Shown: positions 18,159-28,541 of the stretch, one piece after another
How the letters are laid out: every line of letters begins with the position of its first letter
Numbering within the stretch: position 1 is the stretch's first letter
Source of the DNA: a virus
Taxonomy: Duplodnaviria > Heunggongvirae > Uroviricota > Caudoviricetes
Length of the DNA stretch: 64,000 nucleotides
IMG/VR virus record: IMGVR_UViG_2718218201_000002
Coordinates: 1 to 64,000 of that record
Strand: one strand, 5' to 3'
Notes under the pieces: generated by a model
Databases searched by the model: none
Told to the model about the DNA's origin: nothing
The model's input: the letters and a program-made list of their open reading frames with translations, nothing else
Translations under genes and position numbers: made by a program

Positions 18159-21100
18159 TTAAACAAATTCTCTTTCTAGTTTATAAGTGACTTCACCGTT
18201 TGTGCCTACATAATCAATTAGCTTTGTTGTAGTTGAAGTATTTGAATCTGCGTACTTTTTAGCAACAAATTGATTACCTCTTCTATATCCGCTGACAATC
18301 AACAAATTCCCTTTGCTAAACCAGCTATCTTCAGCTATCTTGCCATTTCTTTTTACTGCTTTGTTATAGTAAGAAAAATTTCCTTGATATTTAATTGGCA
18401 CCACTGAACCATCAGTAGATATAATAGTAACCATATTCTTTGATGCATTCTTTGAGATTACAACACCAGCGATTGAATCGATTTTATACTTAGGAAACTC
18501 TCTTCCTTTAAACGCAAACGTGTCAACTACTTGAGGTTCTTCTGGTAACTCACTATAACTACTCAAGTTATACATTTCTTTATTTACTCTTGATAGTTCA
18601 TGCTCATGGTAATAAAAAGACAATGTTTCCATTTCCCATTTAGAATAACTACCTAAAGCATATTTAATCCATTGTTTGTTTAACTCATAACTTTGTACCT
18701 TTTTCAGTTGTTCCTCAGATTTCAACCATTCTTTCAAGTCTTTAATTTTCTTTTCGAACGCTTTTTTAAATTGTTTTTCATCAATTTCATAATAACTGCT
18801 TGTAACATTTACAATACCCACGTCGCCAATCAATTTGTCATATAATTCCATGTCTTCAACCTTGAATATCTTAACATTAGACTTGCCTTGCTTCTCTTTT
18901 CTAATCACTTTGTTTTTAAATGATTCTTTAAACAATATAATTTCTTCTTCTGGTCTATCTTCAAGAATACCAGACTCAATTAACGTCTTAATATTTTGCA
19001 TAGTCAAAGTTTCAGGAACATTAGTGATATGTTTAATAACTTCCATCATTGCTACTTTACGTGACTCGCAAATGTTATCTAACATACCAGACTTAACCAT
19101 ATTGACTAATTGTGTATTTGTAACCAGTTTTTTGTCATACAATTTAGTAAATACATCTTCAATAGAGTTGTATGGTCTGTTTTCAATGATGTGATGAGTT
19201 GTCTTTGAGTTCAATGATTTAACAGGTTTTAATCCATAAATGATTACATTATGGTCTGCGTCAGGTGTAAATGCGAAATCAGATTTGTTTATATCAGGTA
19301 ATTTAACCTCTACACCGAACTCTTTAATCTTACCAATACCGTTAGCAATTTTTTCATGGTCTACAAGAAATTCACTATCTTCTGATGTAGCACCACTATC
19401 AACATTTAAACACGCTGTTTGCCAATAGATTGGGTTGTAAAATAGATTGAGATGCAAGTTTTGAATACCAATGATTGAGTATAAATTTGAGTGAATAGAA
19501 CTGAACGCATAGCTAAACATTGGTGTAAATTGAGTTTCCCATACATAATCAAGGAGGTTTTTACTTGTTCCTTGTTCTTCTCCCTTGCGATAAAACAGCA
19601 ATTTTATTTCATCTAAAGCTGCCCCTTTTGGCTTTGCAATAGCCTTTCTGAGCTTATTCTGCTCTTCTACGGTGAAGTTTGCGATTCTAGGGTCTCCAGA
19701 TAGCCCCATAGCTTGTTCTTGCACAGGAGAAACGCCTAGCGTGTGACCTATATGCTCTTCCATAACTTTAATTTCACTATCTGTTAATCCCCAATCATTC
19801 ATTTCATCATACCAAGTTTGGATATTCTCTTTATGTTTAATAAAAATGTCCATTGGTGGTTCTTTGCCTTCTTGTGATTGTAATCGCATTAAAGAGTTAG
19901 CGGCACTAAATTGTTCAAAGTTTTCAGGCTTAATTCTTTTTAATGTTTCAATACCAATATTAGTGTTGAACTGAAATGTATCGTTCACAACACCTTTTGA
20001 AGCCAATTCATAGTATCGTTTATCCTCATGATTAAGCGCACGTGGGTGTAAATACTCGTTAAAAGTATCTTTTAAACTTCCTTTTGATTCAATCACACCG
20101 TCTTTTTCCATTAGTTCTAATGTACTTCTAATTCTATCTAAATTATCAATCGATAATAAGTCAAACTTTACTAGACCCATATACTCACTGTCTTTAAGCG
20201 ACCATTGAGTAATACTTGCTTCACCTTTAGCAGCTTTCATCATAGCGCTGTGTTTATGAATCTCATCATTAAAGATGATTACTCCACCAGCGTGTTGTGA
20301 TTTAGCAACAACAATACTTTCTAATCCTAAAGCAGTTTTTAATAATTCTGGATACTTTTCCATCTCATTAATAAATTGCTGTTGTTTCTTTCTACCTTTT
20401 TCTTCATTACCATATAAACAATCACTAAGTGTATATTGTTGACCTCGCTCAGTCGGAATTAAGCTAGCAATATATTGCGCCTCTGTATCTTCAATTCCTA
20501 ACCCTCTTGCTGCTATTTTGATACAAGATTTAGTCCCTGCTGTTGTGAAAGTGGCAACATTTAACACTTTATCTTCACCATATTTATTTTTTAATGCTCT
20601 GATGACTTCTTGTCTGCGTTTACTTTCTATATCTACATCTACATCTGGAAAATCGCCTCGACTCTTATGTAAATGTCTAAAGTGTGGCATATTTTTATGT
20701 TCTAATGGATTAACTTGAGTAATTCCAAGTAAAAATAGTGATAAGAAGCCGCCAGATGAGCCACGCCCACTGCCTACTAATGAGCCAGAATAACCACTGC
20801 AAGTGTCTTCTTCCCAAATAGTATTAATAATATCCCTCACAGTAATATAATATGAGCTTACTGTTTGGTTAATCTTATCTCCTACACCTAATATTTCTTC
20901 CATTTCAATGTCCAGTCTTGCTAAAATTTGATGAAACTCTTCTTTAGTTATATCTTCTTTATGTAGCTCCCTCAAATAACCTTCCTCTAATAAATGAAGC
21001 ATATATCTTTCATCTTTCTTATCAGAATATGCTAATCTTTCAAGACTCTTATATTTGTCATAAGCGGGTTTAAACAAGTGTTTTAACTCAAATTCAGGAA

Positions 21101-22088
21101 TCTCGGCTCGTGGAATAATTGGTGAATGAGCTAAGTCATAATCCTCTGACTTATTGTATAATTCAGTTGTAGTTTCTAATGCTTGCTTTACTACATCGTC
21201 ACCTAAATAATAAGCCATTTGTTTATAAATATCGTCTACACTATGCATATATGTATACTTATAGAACTCTTCTACTTCACGCTCCTCATTTTTAGAGTTG
21301 AGAAACGCTGCATGAATTGTAGCATGAGACTTGTTGGCGTAATGTGTATCGCATGCGACTATGTATTTTAAATCGAATTCTTTAGCAAACTCTAATAAAT
21401 TCTCGTTAAGATAACGTTGCATAGGCGAGTCAGCAGGTTGTAACTCGATGTAAAAATCGTCTTTACCAAACGTATCAATACACCATTGAACTTCATTTCT
21501 GGCTTTGTTATGCGCTTCTTGAATCTTTTCTTTATCAAAAGTTTGTTCCATTAGCATTTTTTCTTGTAAATAAATGTTGACCGGCGACCCTGCACATGCT
21601 GTCGATGCCATCAATGTTCCTTTATACTCATCAGACTGCGCCACTTCTCTTAAATATGCTTTTTCAGTAGGTACACGTTCCATAATAGAACTACTAAAAA
21701 ATGAATTCTTCCACGCTTGCGTGCTTAATTTGCTTAATGCTTCAAAACCTTTTCTATTTTTAGCAATTAAACAAAAATGTGGGAACTTTGTTTTTCCACT
21801 TTCGTAATTATCTCTTACTTCTTCTAAACTATCGACGAGATAGATTTCATTACCCAACAACATTCTAAAATCTTCTCGCAATTCTCCACTAGCTTTCATT
21901 TCTTTCACTGTTTTAATCATATCTACAGCACTAGAAAGTGATTCATGCTCGGTGATACTCATACCTTTATAACCATATTGTTTAGCTGTCTCGATTAATT
22001 GTCTTGGTGAAGTAATCGCATCTGTTAGACGCAAGTTTGAGTAATATGAATGGTTGTGATGTAGTACATATTCGTTTCTTTCTGTCAT
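18159..22088 (-). CDS. DNA polymerase III alpha subunit (DnaE/PolC family) with N-terminal PHP domain
   Basis: 1309 aa. HHNHSYYS (PHP HxH), GSGRGSSGGFLSLFLLGITQVNPLE (pol III alpha core), and C-terminal OB-like and tail regions. Confidence 0.85.
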   Translation of the reverse strand: MTERNEYVLHHNHSYYSNLRLTDAITSPRQLIETAKQYGYKGMSITEHESLSSAVDMIKTVKEMKASGELREDFRMLLGNEIYLVDSLEEVRDNYESGKTKFPHFCLIAKNRKGFEALSKLSTQAWKNSFFSSSIMERVPTEKAYLREVAQSDEYKGTLMASTACAGSPVNIYLQEKMLMEQTFDKEKIQEAHNKARNEVQWCIDTFGKDDFYIELQPADSPMQRYLNENLLEFAKEFDLKYIVACDTHYANKSHATIHAAFLNSKNEEREVEEFYKYTYMHSVDDIYKQMAYYLGDDVVKQALETTTELYNKSEDYDLAHSPIIPRAEIPEFELKHLFKPAYDKYKSLERLAYSDKKDERYMLHLLEEGYLRELHKEDITKEEFHQILARLDIEMEEILGVGDKINQTVSSYYITVRDIINTIWEEDTCSGYSGSLVGSGRGSSGGFLSLFLLGITQVNPLEHKNMPHFRHLHKSRGDFPDVDVDIESKRRQEVIRALKNKYGEDKVLNVATFTTAGTKSCIKIAARGLGIEDTEAQYIASLIPTERGQQYTLSDCLYGNEEKGRKKQQQFINEMEKYPELLKTALGLESIVVAKSQHAGGVIIFNDEIHKHSAMMKAAKGEASITQWSLKDSEYMGLVKFDLLSIDNLDRIRSTLELMEKDGVIESKGSLKDTFNEYLHPRALNHEDKRYYELASKGVVNDTFQFNTNIGIETLKRIKPENFEQFSAANSLMRLQSQEGKEPPMDIFIKHKENIQTWYDEMNDWGLTDSEIKVMEEHIGHTLGVSPVQEQAMGLSGDPRIANFTVEEQNKLRKAIAKPKGAALDEIKLLFYRKGEEQGTSKNLLDYVWETQFTPMFSYAFSSIHSNLYSIIGIQNLHLNLFYNPIYWQTACLNVDSGATSEDSEFLVDHEKIANGIGKIKEFGVEVKLPDINKSDFAFTPDADHNVIIYGLKPVKSLNSKTTHHIIENRPYNSIEDVFTKLYDKKLVTNTQLVNMVKSGMLDNICESRKVAMMEVIKHITNVPETLTMQNIKTLIESGILEDRPEEEIILFKESFKNKVIRKEKQGKSNVKIFKVEDMELYDKLIGDVGIVNVTSSYYEIDEKQFKKAFEKKIKDLKEWLKSEEQLKKVQSYELNKQWIKYALGSYSKWEMETLSFYYHEHELSRVNKEMYNLSSYSELPEEPQVVDTFAFKGREFPKYKIDSIAGVVISKNASKNMVTIISTDGSVVPIKYQGNFSYYNKAVKRNGKIAEDSWFSKGNLLIVSGYRRGNQFVAKKYADSNTSTTTKLIDYVGTNGEVTYKLEREFV

Positions 22089-22095
22089 ATAATCA

Positions 22096-22263
22096 CCTTA
22101 GTAATTTATTTTATTTCTTTTTGTTCTATAATATTTAGCTTTTCGAACCCTGTTCAACTTCTTCTCTTCTGTAGTGTACTTGGGTTTGGGAATAATCTCC
22201 CCTCTAATAAACTTTGTTAGTAATTCTATGTACTCAAAAGTTTCATCTGTTTTTATCATCATC
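22096..22263 (-). CDS. small basic ORF (about 54 aa) upstream of the polymerase gene
   Basis: MIKTDETFEY...KAKYYRTKRNKINY*. Its start overlaps the stop of the upstream gene. Confidence 0.2.
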
Positions 22264-22726
22264 TCTCCTCCAAGATTTTGTAACTATAATTTGACTCTTC
22301 GCCATTATGTGTAAATTCTTTAGACAATTCATCATGTTTAATAACATGTTCTATTAATGAATCAATATCAGTAAAACTAAGAGTTGATAGATAATCACGC
22401 CAGTTTTTATACGTGAAGCTGTCATCAGCTCGTTTTATAATTCTTAAACACCATTTTTCATCAACAGTAGTTGTTTCATCAACCTCAATATCAAATGTCT
22501 TTGCTTCCTCTATCATCTTATAAAAGTAATTAGTATTCAGTACACCGTCTTCATCTTCATATAATGTGAAATAGTCCCCTTGTTCTGATTCTACTCGTAA
22601 TTCTTCACCAAGCCACGATACAGATGACTTTACCTTTAACTCAATGCTATCTGTTTTATACTTATCTCTCAATTTTTCCTCAAATTCAATTATTTTATCT
22701 GCGTACTTAACAAGCAATCTTTCCAT
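22259..22726 (-). CDS. hypothetical protein
   Basis: 155 aa. Confidence 0.4.
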   Translation of the reverse strand: MERLLVKYADKIIEFEEKLRDKYKTDSIELKVKSSVSWLGEELRVESEQGDYFTLYEDEDGVLNTNYFYKMIEEAKTFDIEVDETTTVDEKWCLRIIKRADDSFTYKNWRDYLSTLSFTDIDSLIEHVIKHDELSKEFTHNGEESNYSYKILEER

Positions 22727-22747
22727 AACAATTCCTCCATTTATATT

Positions 22748-23083
22748 CTAAACCTCAATTTGCCTAATGATAGTATTTTTGATTTCATTAGGATAACCTA
22801 AAGCGTTACAATAGTGTTTTGTGTCGACTACTCGATACATCACATTGCCTTCATGGACGTGCCCGAAAAAGTTAATCGGTGCAATTAATTCTCCTACTTC
22901 ACATTTATATGAGCCAATAGAACCATCGTTTAAATGTTTTCTATGAGATAAAGTAGTAATTAACGGATAATGTGAAATGAATACATCTGGCTTAACCTTC
23001 TCACTTAAAATGTTCTCATAAATTACTTTGTCATAAGTATTATACAGCTCAGGCTCTTCCGTGATGTACTTACTATCATTCAT
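22748..23083 (-). CDS. calcineurin-like metallophosphoesterase, C-terminal part (motifs V-VI, GHVHEG)
   Basis: ISHYPL and GHVHEG. The ATG overlaps the TGA of 23080..23547. Confidence 0.5.
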   Translation of the reverse strand: MNDSKYITEEPELYNTYDKVIYENILSEKVKPDVFISHYPLITTLSHRKHLNDGSIGSYKCEVGELIAPINFFGHVHEGNVMYRVVDTKHYCNALGYPNEIKNTIIRQIEV

Positions 23084-23547
23084 GAAACCACGATAGAAGC
23101 TAATCTCTTCTTCTGTTGCTGGTAGCTAGTCATAGTAGCACCTGCAAATGTAACCTCTTTATACACTTCGGAATTATCACTATACATGCTATTAAAGAAT
23201 GTTACATTATCTAGTTTTTCTACTAATTCAGCCAACTCTTTAGCTCGCAATTTACTTTCATTTTTATATTTTTTCGTTTGTTGTTGAGATACTAAATAAT
23301 AGTCATGATTACCACTCACAAAGAATACTTTATCAAATTGCTTAGAGAACTCCTCTAGCACCCACATTGTGATTTTGTTGTAATGTGAAATATCTCCAGC
23401 AATAACTAATGCTTCCTTGATTTTTAAATTACTTTTTTCAATCAAATTATTAATAAACTCTTTAACTTGCTTCTCATGCTTAATTTGATTGTTATTGTGT
23501 TTAACCCAGTGGTCAATATGCAAATCACTAATGTATGAAATGTTCAT
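23080..23547 (-). CDS. calcineurin-like metallophosphoesterase, N-terminal part (motifs I-III)
   Basis: DLHIDHW, AGDISH and SGNHDYY. Confidence 0.5.
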   Translation of the reverse strand: MNISYISDLHIDHWVKHNNNQIKHEKQVKEFINNLIEKSNLKIKEALVIAGDISHYNKITMWVLEEFSKQFDKVFFVSGNHDYYLVSQQQTKKYKNESKLRAKELAELVEKLDNVTFFNSMYSDNSEVYKEVTFAGATMTSYQQQKKRLASIVVS

Positions 23548-23610
23548 TTTGAAACCTCTTTCTTTTGTTATATTTAATTATTTTATCTTCAAAACCTTTG
23601 ATTTTATAGC

Positions 23611-23793
23611 TTAATAAAAATTTTTTGCGATTAAATTCATACCTGCAGTCAACATAAAAAACAATCCAACTACAACAAATCCCATAAGTGATGTAATTAT
23701 TGCACTAATCATTATGGAGAGTGATAAGTATGTAAGAAATACTCCCGACCATAATTTTGCTTTCCTGTTTTTCATATTATTCCTCCTTTTCAA
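23611..23793 (-). CDS. small membrane protein (2 TM helices)
   Basis: 60 aa, hydrophobic. Confidence 0.3.
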   Translation of the reverse strand: MKRRNNMKNRKAKLWSGVFLTYLSLSIMISAIITSLMGFVVVGLFFMLTAGMNLIAKNFY

Positions 23794-23942
23794 TCATTTC
23801 CATTCTGTCATGCAACATTCTGAAAAATTGATATCTATATCTATCTGTTAAAGCGTATTTCCCCATACGCTCTAGCACTTCGTTGAATAGCTGTTTCCAC
23901 ATTTTTTCATAGTTCATTATTGCCTCTCCTTTCATAATTAAA

Positions 23943-24149
23943 TTATTTAAACTTAGCTAACAGAATTATATTAGCTCTAACACCAAAAATTTCACCTTTT
24001 TTATAAGTGTTATGTTGTTCCCACTCAAAACCCTCATTTTTTAAGTATTCAACTGCTTTTTCTTTCTCAGTAAAGAAGTAGTCATCTAAATAATGGTTTT
24101 CGTCATTTGGACTGTAATACGTATACTCAATGATAAACATTTTATTCAC
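23943..24149 (-). CDS. small early protein, paralog family B
   Basis: 68 aa. Resembles 24460..24675 (IIEY..Y...D....FF...E.A...LK.EG). Confidence 0.35.
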   Translation of the reverse strand: MNKMFIIEYTYYSPNDENHYLDDYFFTEKEKAVEYLKNEGFEWEQHNTYKKGEIFGVRANIILLAKFK

Positions 24150-24459
24150 TTCTCCCTTTCTACATATATCTCATTATCATTCTCTCTAAAGCAAAATCAA
24201 ACTCTTCTTTGCTTCTTACGTCAACACTTTTCATATTTAGCTTTTATAGTAATATAATCACTACAATACATCTGATATATTTCAAAAATTTCAAATGTAT
24301 CCTTATATTTTAAAGCTAATAAAAAACGGTTTCATCATCGGTAGCAAAATCATTGGAAACTTTCATCTCCACTTTTTTTATCATTAAATACAAATATTTT
24401 ATTTTTATTGTCTAGATACTTTGGGTACACATCAATAATTATATCTATATCTTTACCTA

Positions 24460-24675
24460 CTAAAGTTCAACATAAGGTGTCAACATTTTAATAGTGGCTA
24501 CTACCTTATCTACGTCATCACCAAAAATGTACTGGTCATCTTCGTAATGTTTGTATCCTTCTTTTAACAAGTGATACTCTGCTTCGTCTAGGCTGTGGAA
24601 AAATGAATCATCTGTCGTATTATCTTTCTCGCCACCCCAGTCATAAACTCTATACTCAATAATATAAAATCGCAT
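24460..24675 (-). CDS. small early protein, paralog family B
   Basis: 71 aa. Confidence 0.35.
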   Translation of the reverse strand: MRFYIIEYRVYDWGGEKDNTTDDSFFHSLDEAEYHLLKEGYKHYEDDQYIFGDDVDKVVATIKMLTPYVEL

Positions 24676-24700
24676 AATAATTTCTCCTTTTTGTCTTAGG

Positions 24701-25084
24701 TTATCGTATTACTTCATAACTATATATCAAATTATCGGAATCATCAATACTATACAAATCATTTACTAGCTTCTTCATGCCTATTTCGTCTGAGATGTAG
24801 GCTTGAAGAAATCTTTCTGTGTCATCTTCATCTGCTCTTACATACACTGCAAAACATTCTATATTATCTTTAGAAATGCTTGTTAAATATCTTCTATTCA
24901 CAACACATTGTTTAATTACAGCATGCTTTTCATCTGCGACATTCGTATAATAATCTTCCACATCGCTCAATTGGTATCCGTTTTCTTCAAGTTTTACTAC
25001 TGCATCTTCATACGAATCAAAAAGAATAGCTCCTAAACTTTTATAAGTATTAGAGCTGTGAAATGCCACTACATGTCTACTCAT
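24701..25084 (-). CDS. hypothetical protein
   Basis: 127 aa. Confidence 0.35.
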   Translation of the reverse strand: MSRHVVAFHSSNTYKSLGAILFDSYEDAVVKLEENGYQLSDVEDYYTNVADEKHAVIKQCVVNRRYLTSISKDNIECFAVYVRADEDDTERFLQAYISDEIGMKKLVNDLYSIDDSDNLIYSYEVIR

Positions 25085-25113
25085 TTATACATCACCTTGT
25101 TAATTATTTTATT

Positions 25114-25329
25114 TTAATTAGAATTATAAAAGTCTTGTTTTATGTAGTAATCTTTACTATTTACCACAATATAGTAATCATCATTATCTTGTAGCAAATT
25201 GTCATCATTTAGTCTATCAACAACTTCTTTAGCATTTTCTTCACTACAACAAACCTCGAATAATGCTTCATATTCGTGACCAAAATCATCTTTTGATATT
25301 TCAATTACGTAAAATCTTTCATTGTTCAA
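25114..25329 (-). CDS. small early protein, paralog family A (EVSKDDFGHEYEAL)
   Basis: 71 aa. Paralog of 41388..41612. Confidence 0.4.
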   Translation of the reverse strand: MNNERFYVIEISKDDFGHEYEALFEVCCSEENAKEVVDRLNDDNLLQDNDDYYIVVNSKDYYIKQDFYNSN

Positions 25330-25359
25330 TATTCTTCATTTCCCAATAAAAGTATAGTT

Positions 25360-25587
25360 TTATTCAATATCTGCGGCAAAATTGGTTCTAATTGCCAATC
25401 TATCTAATGAGTATGAAACTGCAACATTGACAATAAAATTAACTTCTTCCCAATTTTCTTCCGCAAAATTTACAATCTCTTCAAACTCACCTACATCAAT
25501 ATCTGACAAAACATCATGAGTAGATAGGTCAATCTTACTTCTTTCAATCACTTCTTTTAATGTTTCTAAGTTAATTCCTTTTTTCAT
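25360..25587 (-). CDS. hypothetical small protein
   Basis: 75 aa. Confidence 0.3.
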   Translation of the reverse strand: MKKGINLETLKEVIERSKIDLSTHDVLSDIDVGEFEEIVNFAEENWEEVNFIVNVAVSYSLDRLAIRTNFAADIE

Positions 25588-25614
25588 AAAAATCTCTCCT
25601 ATAAATGTTTACTG

Positions 25615-25851
25615 TTATTTGACAATCTCAAAATTACCATCGCAAAATTCATCAATATTTCTTGCCCATGTATTATCCCAATTTTCATCACTGTAAATTA
25701 CTAATACTTCGCCATATCTTTCGTTAGTTGTGTTTTTAACAAACATTTCAATACGATATTCAGTGCCACGCTTTTTATGTTTGACATATACATATTCATC
25801 TAATCCTCCTTTACGTTTATCAAGTTCAATTAATTTATTTTTATCAATCAT
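25615..25851 (-). CDS. hypothetical small protein
   Basis: 78 aa. Confidence 0.3.
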   Translation of the reverse strand: MIDKNKLIELDKRKGGLDEYVYVKHKKRGTEYRIEMFVKNTTNERYGEVLVIYSDENWDNTWARNIDEFCDGNFEIVK

Positions 25852-25893
25852 CTCTTTCTTCCTCCTGTTTAATTTTGTTGATAATGTTTAATT

Positions 25894-26124
25894 TTATTTC
25901 ATAATTCCGTCATATTTGATAGCTTCTTCTACCACTTCAGCTATATACTCTTTGTTATAACCCTCACTTGACAGTAGTTTTCTTAACTCTGTAGCTGACG
26001 ACACTGTACCTAAATAAGTATCTGTATCTCCACATTGACCACATCTTTTTCTATCTAATCCCGCTGTACTAGATAAGTACACACTACCTACACAATTGCT
26101 GTAAACGTATTTTTCTTTACTCAT
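25894..26124 (-). CDS. hypothetical small Cys-containing protein
   Basis: 76 aa with a CGQCGD motif. Confidence 0.3.
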   Translation of the reverse strand: MSKEKYVYSNCVGSVYLSSTAGLDRKRCGQCGDTDTYLGTVSSATELRKLLSSEGYNKEYIAEVVEEAIKYDGIMK

Positions 26125-26157
26125 ATTATCCTCCTAATAAAGTTTAATTTTATTCGA

Positions 26158-26391
26158 TTAATACACAATTCTAACAATCGCATGGACATGAGAAATATTT
26201 GTTTCTTTCATAAACTCCATTTCATCTCGTTCTTTAAAACCTTGCGACTCTAAATATTTTATTAACACATTATACGAGTTCCAATAACATTCGGAATTCC
26301 ATTCTCTGTTACCACTATGCTTCATTTCAATAAATTTTACTGTGTATAATACATTACTAAGTTCTATCGGGTCTATTACTTTTCGTTCCAT
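26158..26391 (-). CDS. hypothetical small protein
   Basis: 77 aa. Confidence 0.3.
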   Translation of the reverse strand: MERKVIDPIELSNVLYTVKFIEMKHSGNREWNSECYWNSYNVLIKYLESQGFKERDEMEFMKETNISHVHAIVRIVY

Positions 26392-26424
26392 TCTATCTTC
26401 TCCTTTTCTAATAAAACTTTTATT

Positions 26425-26712
26425 TTATTTCCAATAATCATATCTATGCGTTTCATCATAATTTTTCATTTTTATAATTAATTCTTCTGTATCACTGTTA
26501 CCGCCATGTCTTTCATATGCATAATGACTAAATTGTGATACAAATAAATTCATATGATGCTTACACAAGTCGATAGGACAATACATCTCTGCATATACTT
26601 CACCATTTAAATATGTTACTTCGTAAAACTCTCCATCTGCTTTATTTCCGCAAATATCACATACTACCTCTTGTACTTCTTTGGTTAATCTAGCCAAGAC
26701 AATCGCCTCCAT
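26425..26712 (-). CDS. hypothetical small Zn-ribbon-like protein
   Basis: 95 aa with CDICGN...CPIDLCKHH. RBS GGAGG. Confidence 0.35.
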   Translation of the reverse strand: MEAIVLARLTKEVQEVVCDICGNKADGEFYEVTYLNGEVYAEMYCPIDLCKHHMNLFVSQFSHYAYERHGGNSDTEELIIKMKNYDETHRYDYWK

Positions 26713-26795
26713 ATATTTTCTTTTAATATCGCTTAAATTTTATAACTATCTTTATATTTGCTGACTTGTCGCTCTATTGAAACAACTGAGCCTCT

Positions 26796-26889
26796 ACCAT
26801 GTTAATTCGTATAGAACTAAAACTATAACCACGTATAAGCGTGTTAATCCTCAGTATCACCACTATGTTAATTCGTATAGAACTAAAAC
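26796..26889 (-). repeat. CRISPR-like mini-array: two 28-nt direct repeats flanking a 38-nt spacer, downstream of tnpB on the same strand
   Basis: The repeat read on the minus strand is GTTTTAGTTCTATACGAATTAACAT(G/A)GT, at 26796-26823 and 26862-26889. The spacer is GGTGATACTGAGGATTAACACGCTTATACGTGGTTATA, about 39% GC against a local figure of about 30%. Confidence 0.45.
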
Positions 26890-27118
26890 CTCAAACCAAT
26901 CTAACATCAGACATTGGTGAGTAGCCTAACTCGGTTTTTGTGAGTTAGATTTCAAGTTGAATATTCAACTTACCTTTCGAGTGTGTTTCGTTTTTATTAT
27001 ATCGTTAAAAATTATGTATTTGCCTCTTAAAACGACACTTTCTCGATTTTGTGACATGATACTGCCACAATGCTATGACGTTTAGCACCTTGCGATATTT
27101 TTATTTATTAATTTATTT

Positions 27119-28471
27119 TTAATGCTTAATCTTTTGTGCCTTACATTGTGCTTTTATTACTTTTTCAATATCCAGCATTGAAAGGTTTCTTGCAGCATTT
27201 AAATCAGCGTTTGTTTTATGTCCACAATTCACACATTCAAACTTCTCTTGACTTTTTCGACTCTCTTTATCAATATAGCCGCATTTGTTGCATCTTTGAG
27301 AGGTAAATTTAGGAGAAACTTTTTTTACCTCAATACCTTTTGTTTTTGCTTTATTCTCAATCTTTTCTTGTAAGTTAGAATAGCTCCATCGCTTTAAAAA
27401 TGTGTCAGTTTTTGAGATTCCTGATAAATCTTCCATTTGAATAATTGTACAACGATTCTTTAGTGCTGTGTCGACAATAAATTTTGCATAACGATGATTA
27501 GTTAATTCTTTAAAATTATTAACTTTTGCTCTAAGTTTTTCCAATGGTATCAGTTTTGTACTTCTGCCGTGTCCACTTCTGTTACTAGAATGATACTTTA
27601 ATTGATTTCTCATACTGTTTCTTCTAGCTTCGATTCCGTTTCTGAACTGTTCGATTTCGCCACCATTTATATATTCTGAAACTGGAGAATCACTAACTGC
27701 CATATATGCCGCTTTTGAAATTCCTAAATCAACACCTAAAATTTTATTCGGAATTAAATCTTTGTCGTCTTTTACTTTAAGTCTATAAGCAACGATTAAA
27801 TAGTTATTTAACTTACTCCCTCTCTTTTTAACGTGAATATGACTATCTCTTAAATCATATTCACCACTTGTCAATCTGTCTAATATAACTTTTTCCTGTC
27901 CTTTAGAGCTAAGTAAAAACTTAATTCTTGTTCCCTTTCTACCTTTTCTATCAAGTTCTTTTGCTTTCTCAGGACTTAGCAAAGTCAACTCAGCATAATA
28001 TTTTCCACTTTCTTTTGTGATAAAAATCATTCTTGAGCGAATAGGAATAGGTTGATTTCTTTTGAAAGTAATGTTGCTTGCACTCCCATTTAATATTTTT
28101 TTCATGTTATTTTTTACAACTTTTTCTCCCTCACGAGCCATCGAATCAAAATGTTCTCTTAAAAAACTACCGTTGTTTAGCTCTTTATCTTCTTTAGCTT
28201 GTTCCATATTATAAGCTGAAAACGTTTTACCATATCTCGTTTTAAAATATTTATCATATGTCCCTTTACCATGAACGTTTTCATATTCTAATTTCTCAAT
28301 TACATTCATATAAGTTCTAGTAGCCGCTTTATTTTTAACTCTGAAACAAATGTAATCTAAATCTCTTAACACTTTACCAGCAAAGTCCCAATCTCCTTCA
28401 TCAACACCTACTGGTTTAATTAGCTTAATCCCGTACGATTGCACGACATATTTTTCTTTTTCACCTTCCAC
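27119..28471 (-). CDS. tnpB: TnpB (IS200/IS605 OrfB / IS1341-like) RuvC-type RNA-guided nuclease family protein
   Basis: 450 aa. RuvC-I ILGVDLGISKAAY, RuvC-II IQMEDLSG, zinc finger CNKCGY...CVNCGH, RuvC-III NADLNAARN. GTG start after a GAGGTGA RBS. No tnpA is present. Confidence 0.8.
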   Translation of the reverse strand: MEGEKEKYVVQSYGIKLIKPVGVDEGDWDFAGKVLRDLDYICFRVKNKAATRTYMNVIEKLEYENVHGKGTYDKYFKTRYGKTFSAYNMEQAKEDKELNNGSFLREHFDSMAREGEKVVKNNMKKILNGSASNITFKRNQPIPIRSRMIFITKESGKYYAELTLLSPEKAKELDRKGRKGTRIKFLLSSKGQEKVILDRLTSGEYDLRDSHIHVKKRGSKLNNYLIVAYRLKVKDDKDLIPNKILGVDLGISKAAYMAVSDSPVSEYINGGEIEQFRNGIEARRNSMRNQLKYHSSNRSGHGRSTKLIPLEKLRAKVNNFKELTNHRYAKFIVDTALKNRCTIIQMEDLSGISKTDTFLKRWSYSNLQEKIENKAKTKGIEVKKVSPKFTSQRCNKCGYIDKESRKSQEKFECVNCGHKTNADLNAARNLSMLDIEKVIKAQCKAQKIKH

Positions 28472-28512
28472 TCATCTCACCTCATTTAATTTATTTCTTT
28501 GTTACACTTAAT

Positions 28513-28541
28513 ACTATACAACCTCGTCCCCTACATGTCAA
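28513..28541 (-). promoter_or_regulatory. sigma-A-like promoter TTGACA-17-TATAGT driving tnpB
   Basis: Minus strand reads TTGACATGTAGGGGACGAGGTTGTATAGT. It is flanked by motif copies at 28551-28563 (upstream) and 28486-28500 (in the leader). Confidence 0.55.

Noticed and set aside
26796-26889. Calling the repeat pair a bona fide CRISPR-Cas locus.
   Set aside because: There are only two repeats and one spacer, and no cas1, cas2 or other cas genes besides the TnpB-family nuclease. It is kept as a CRISPR-like or omegaRNA-related mini-array hypothesis, not as a CRISPR array call.
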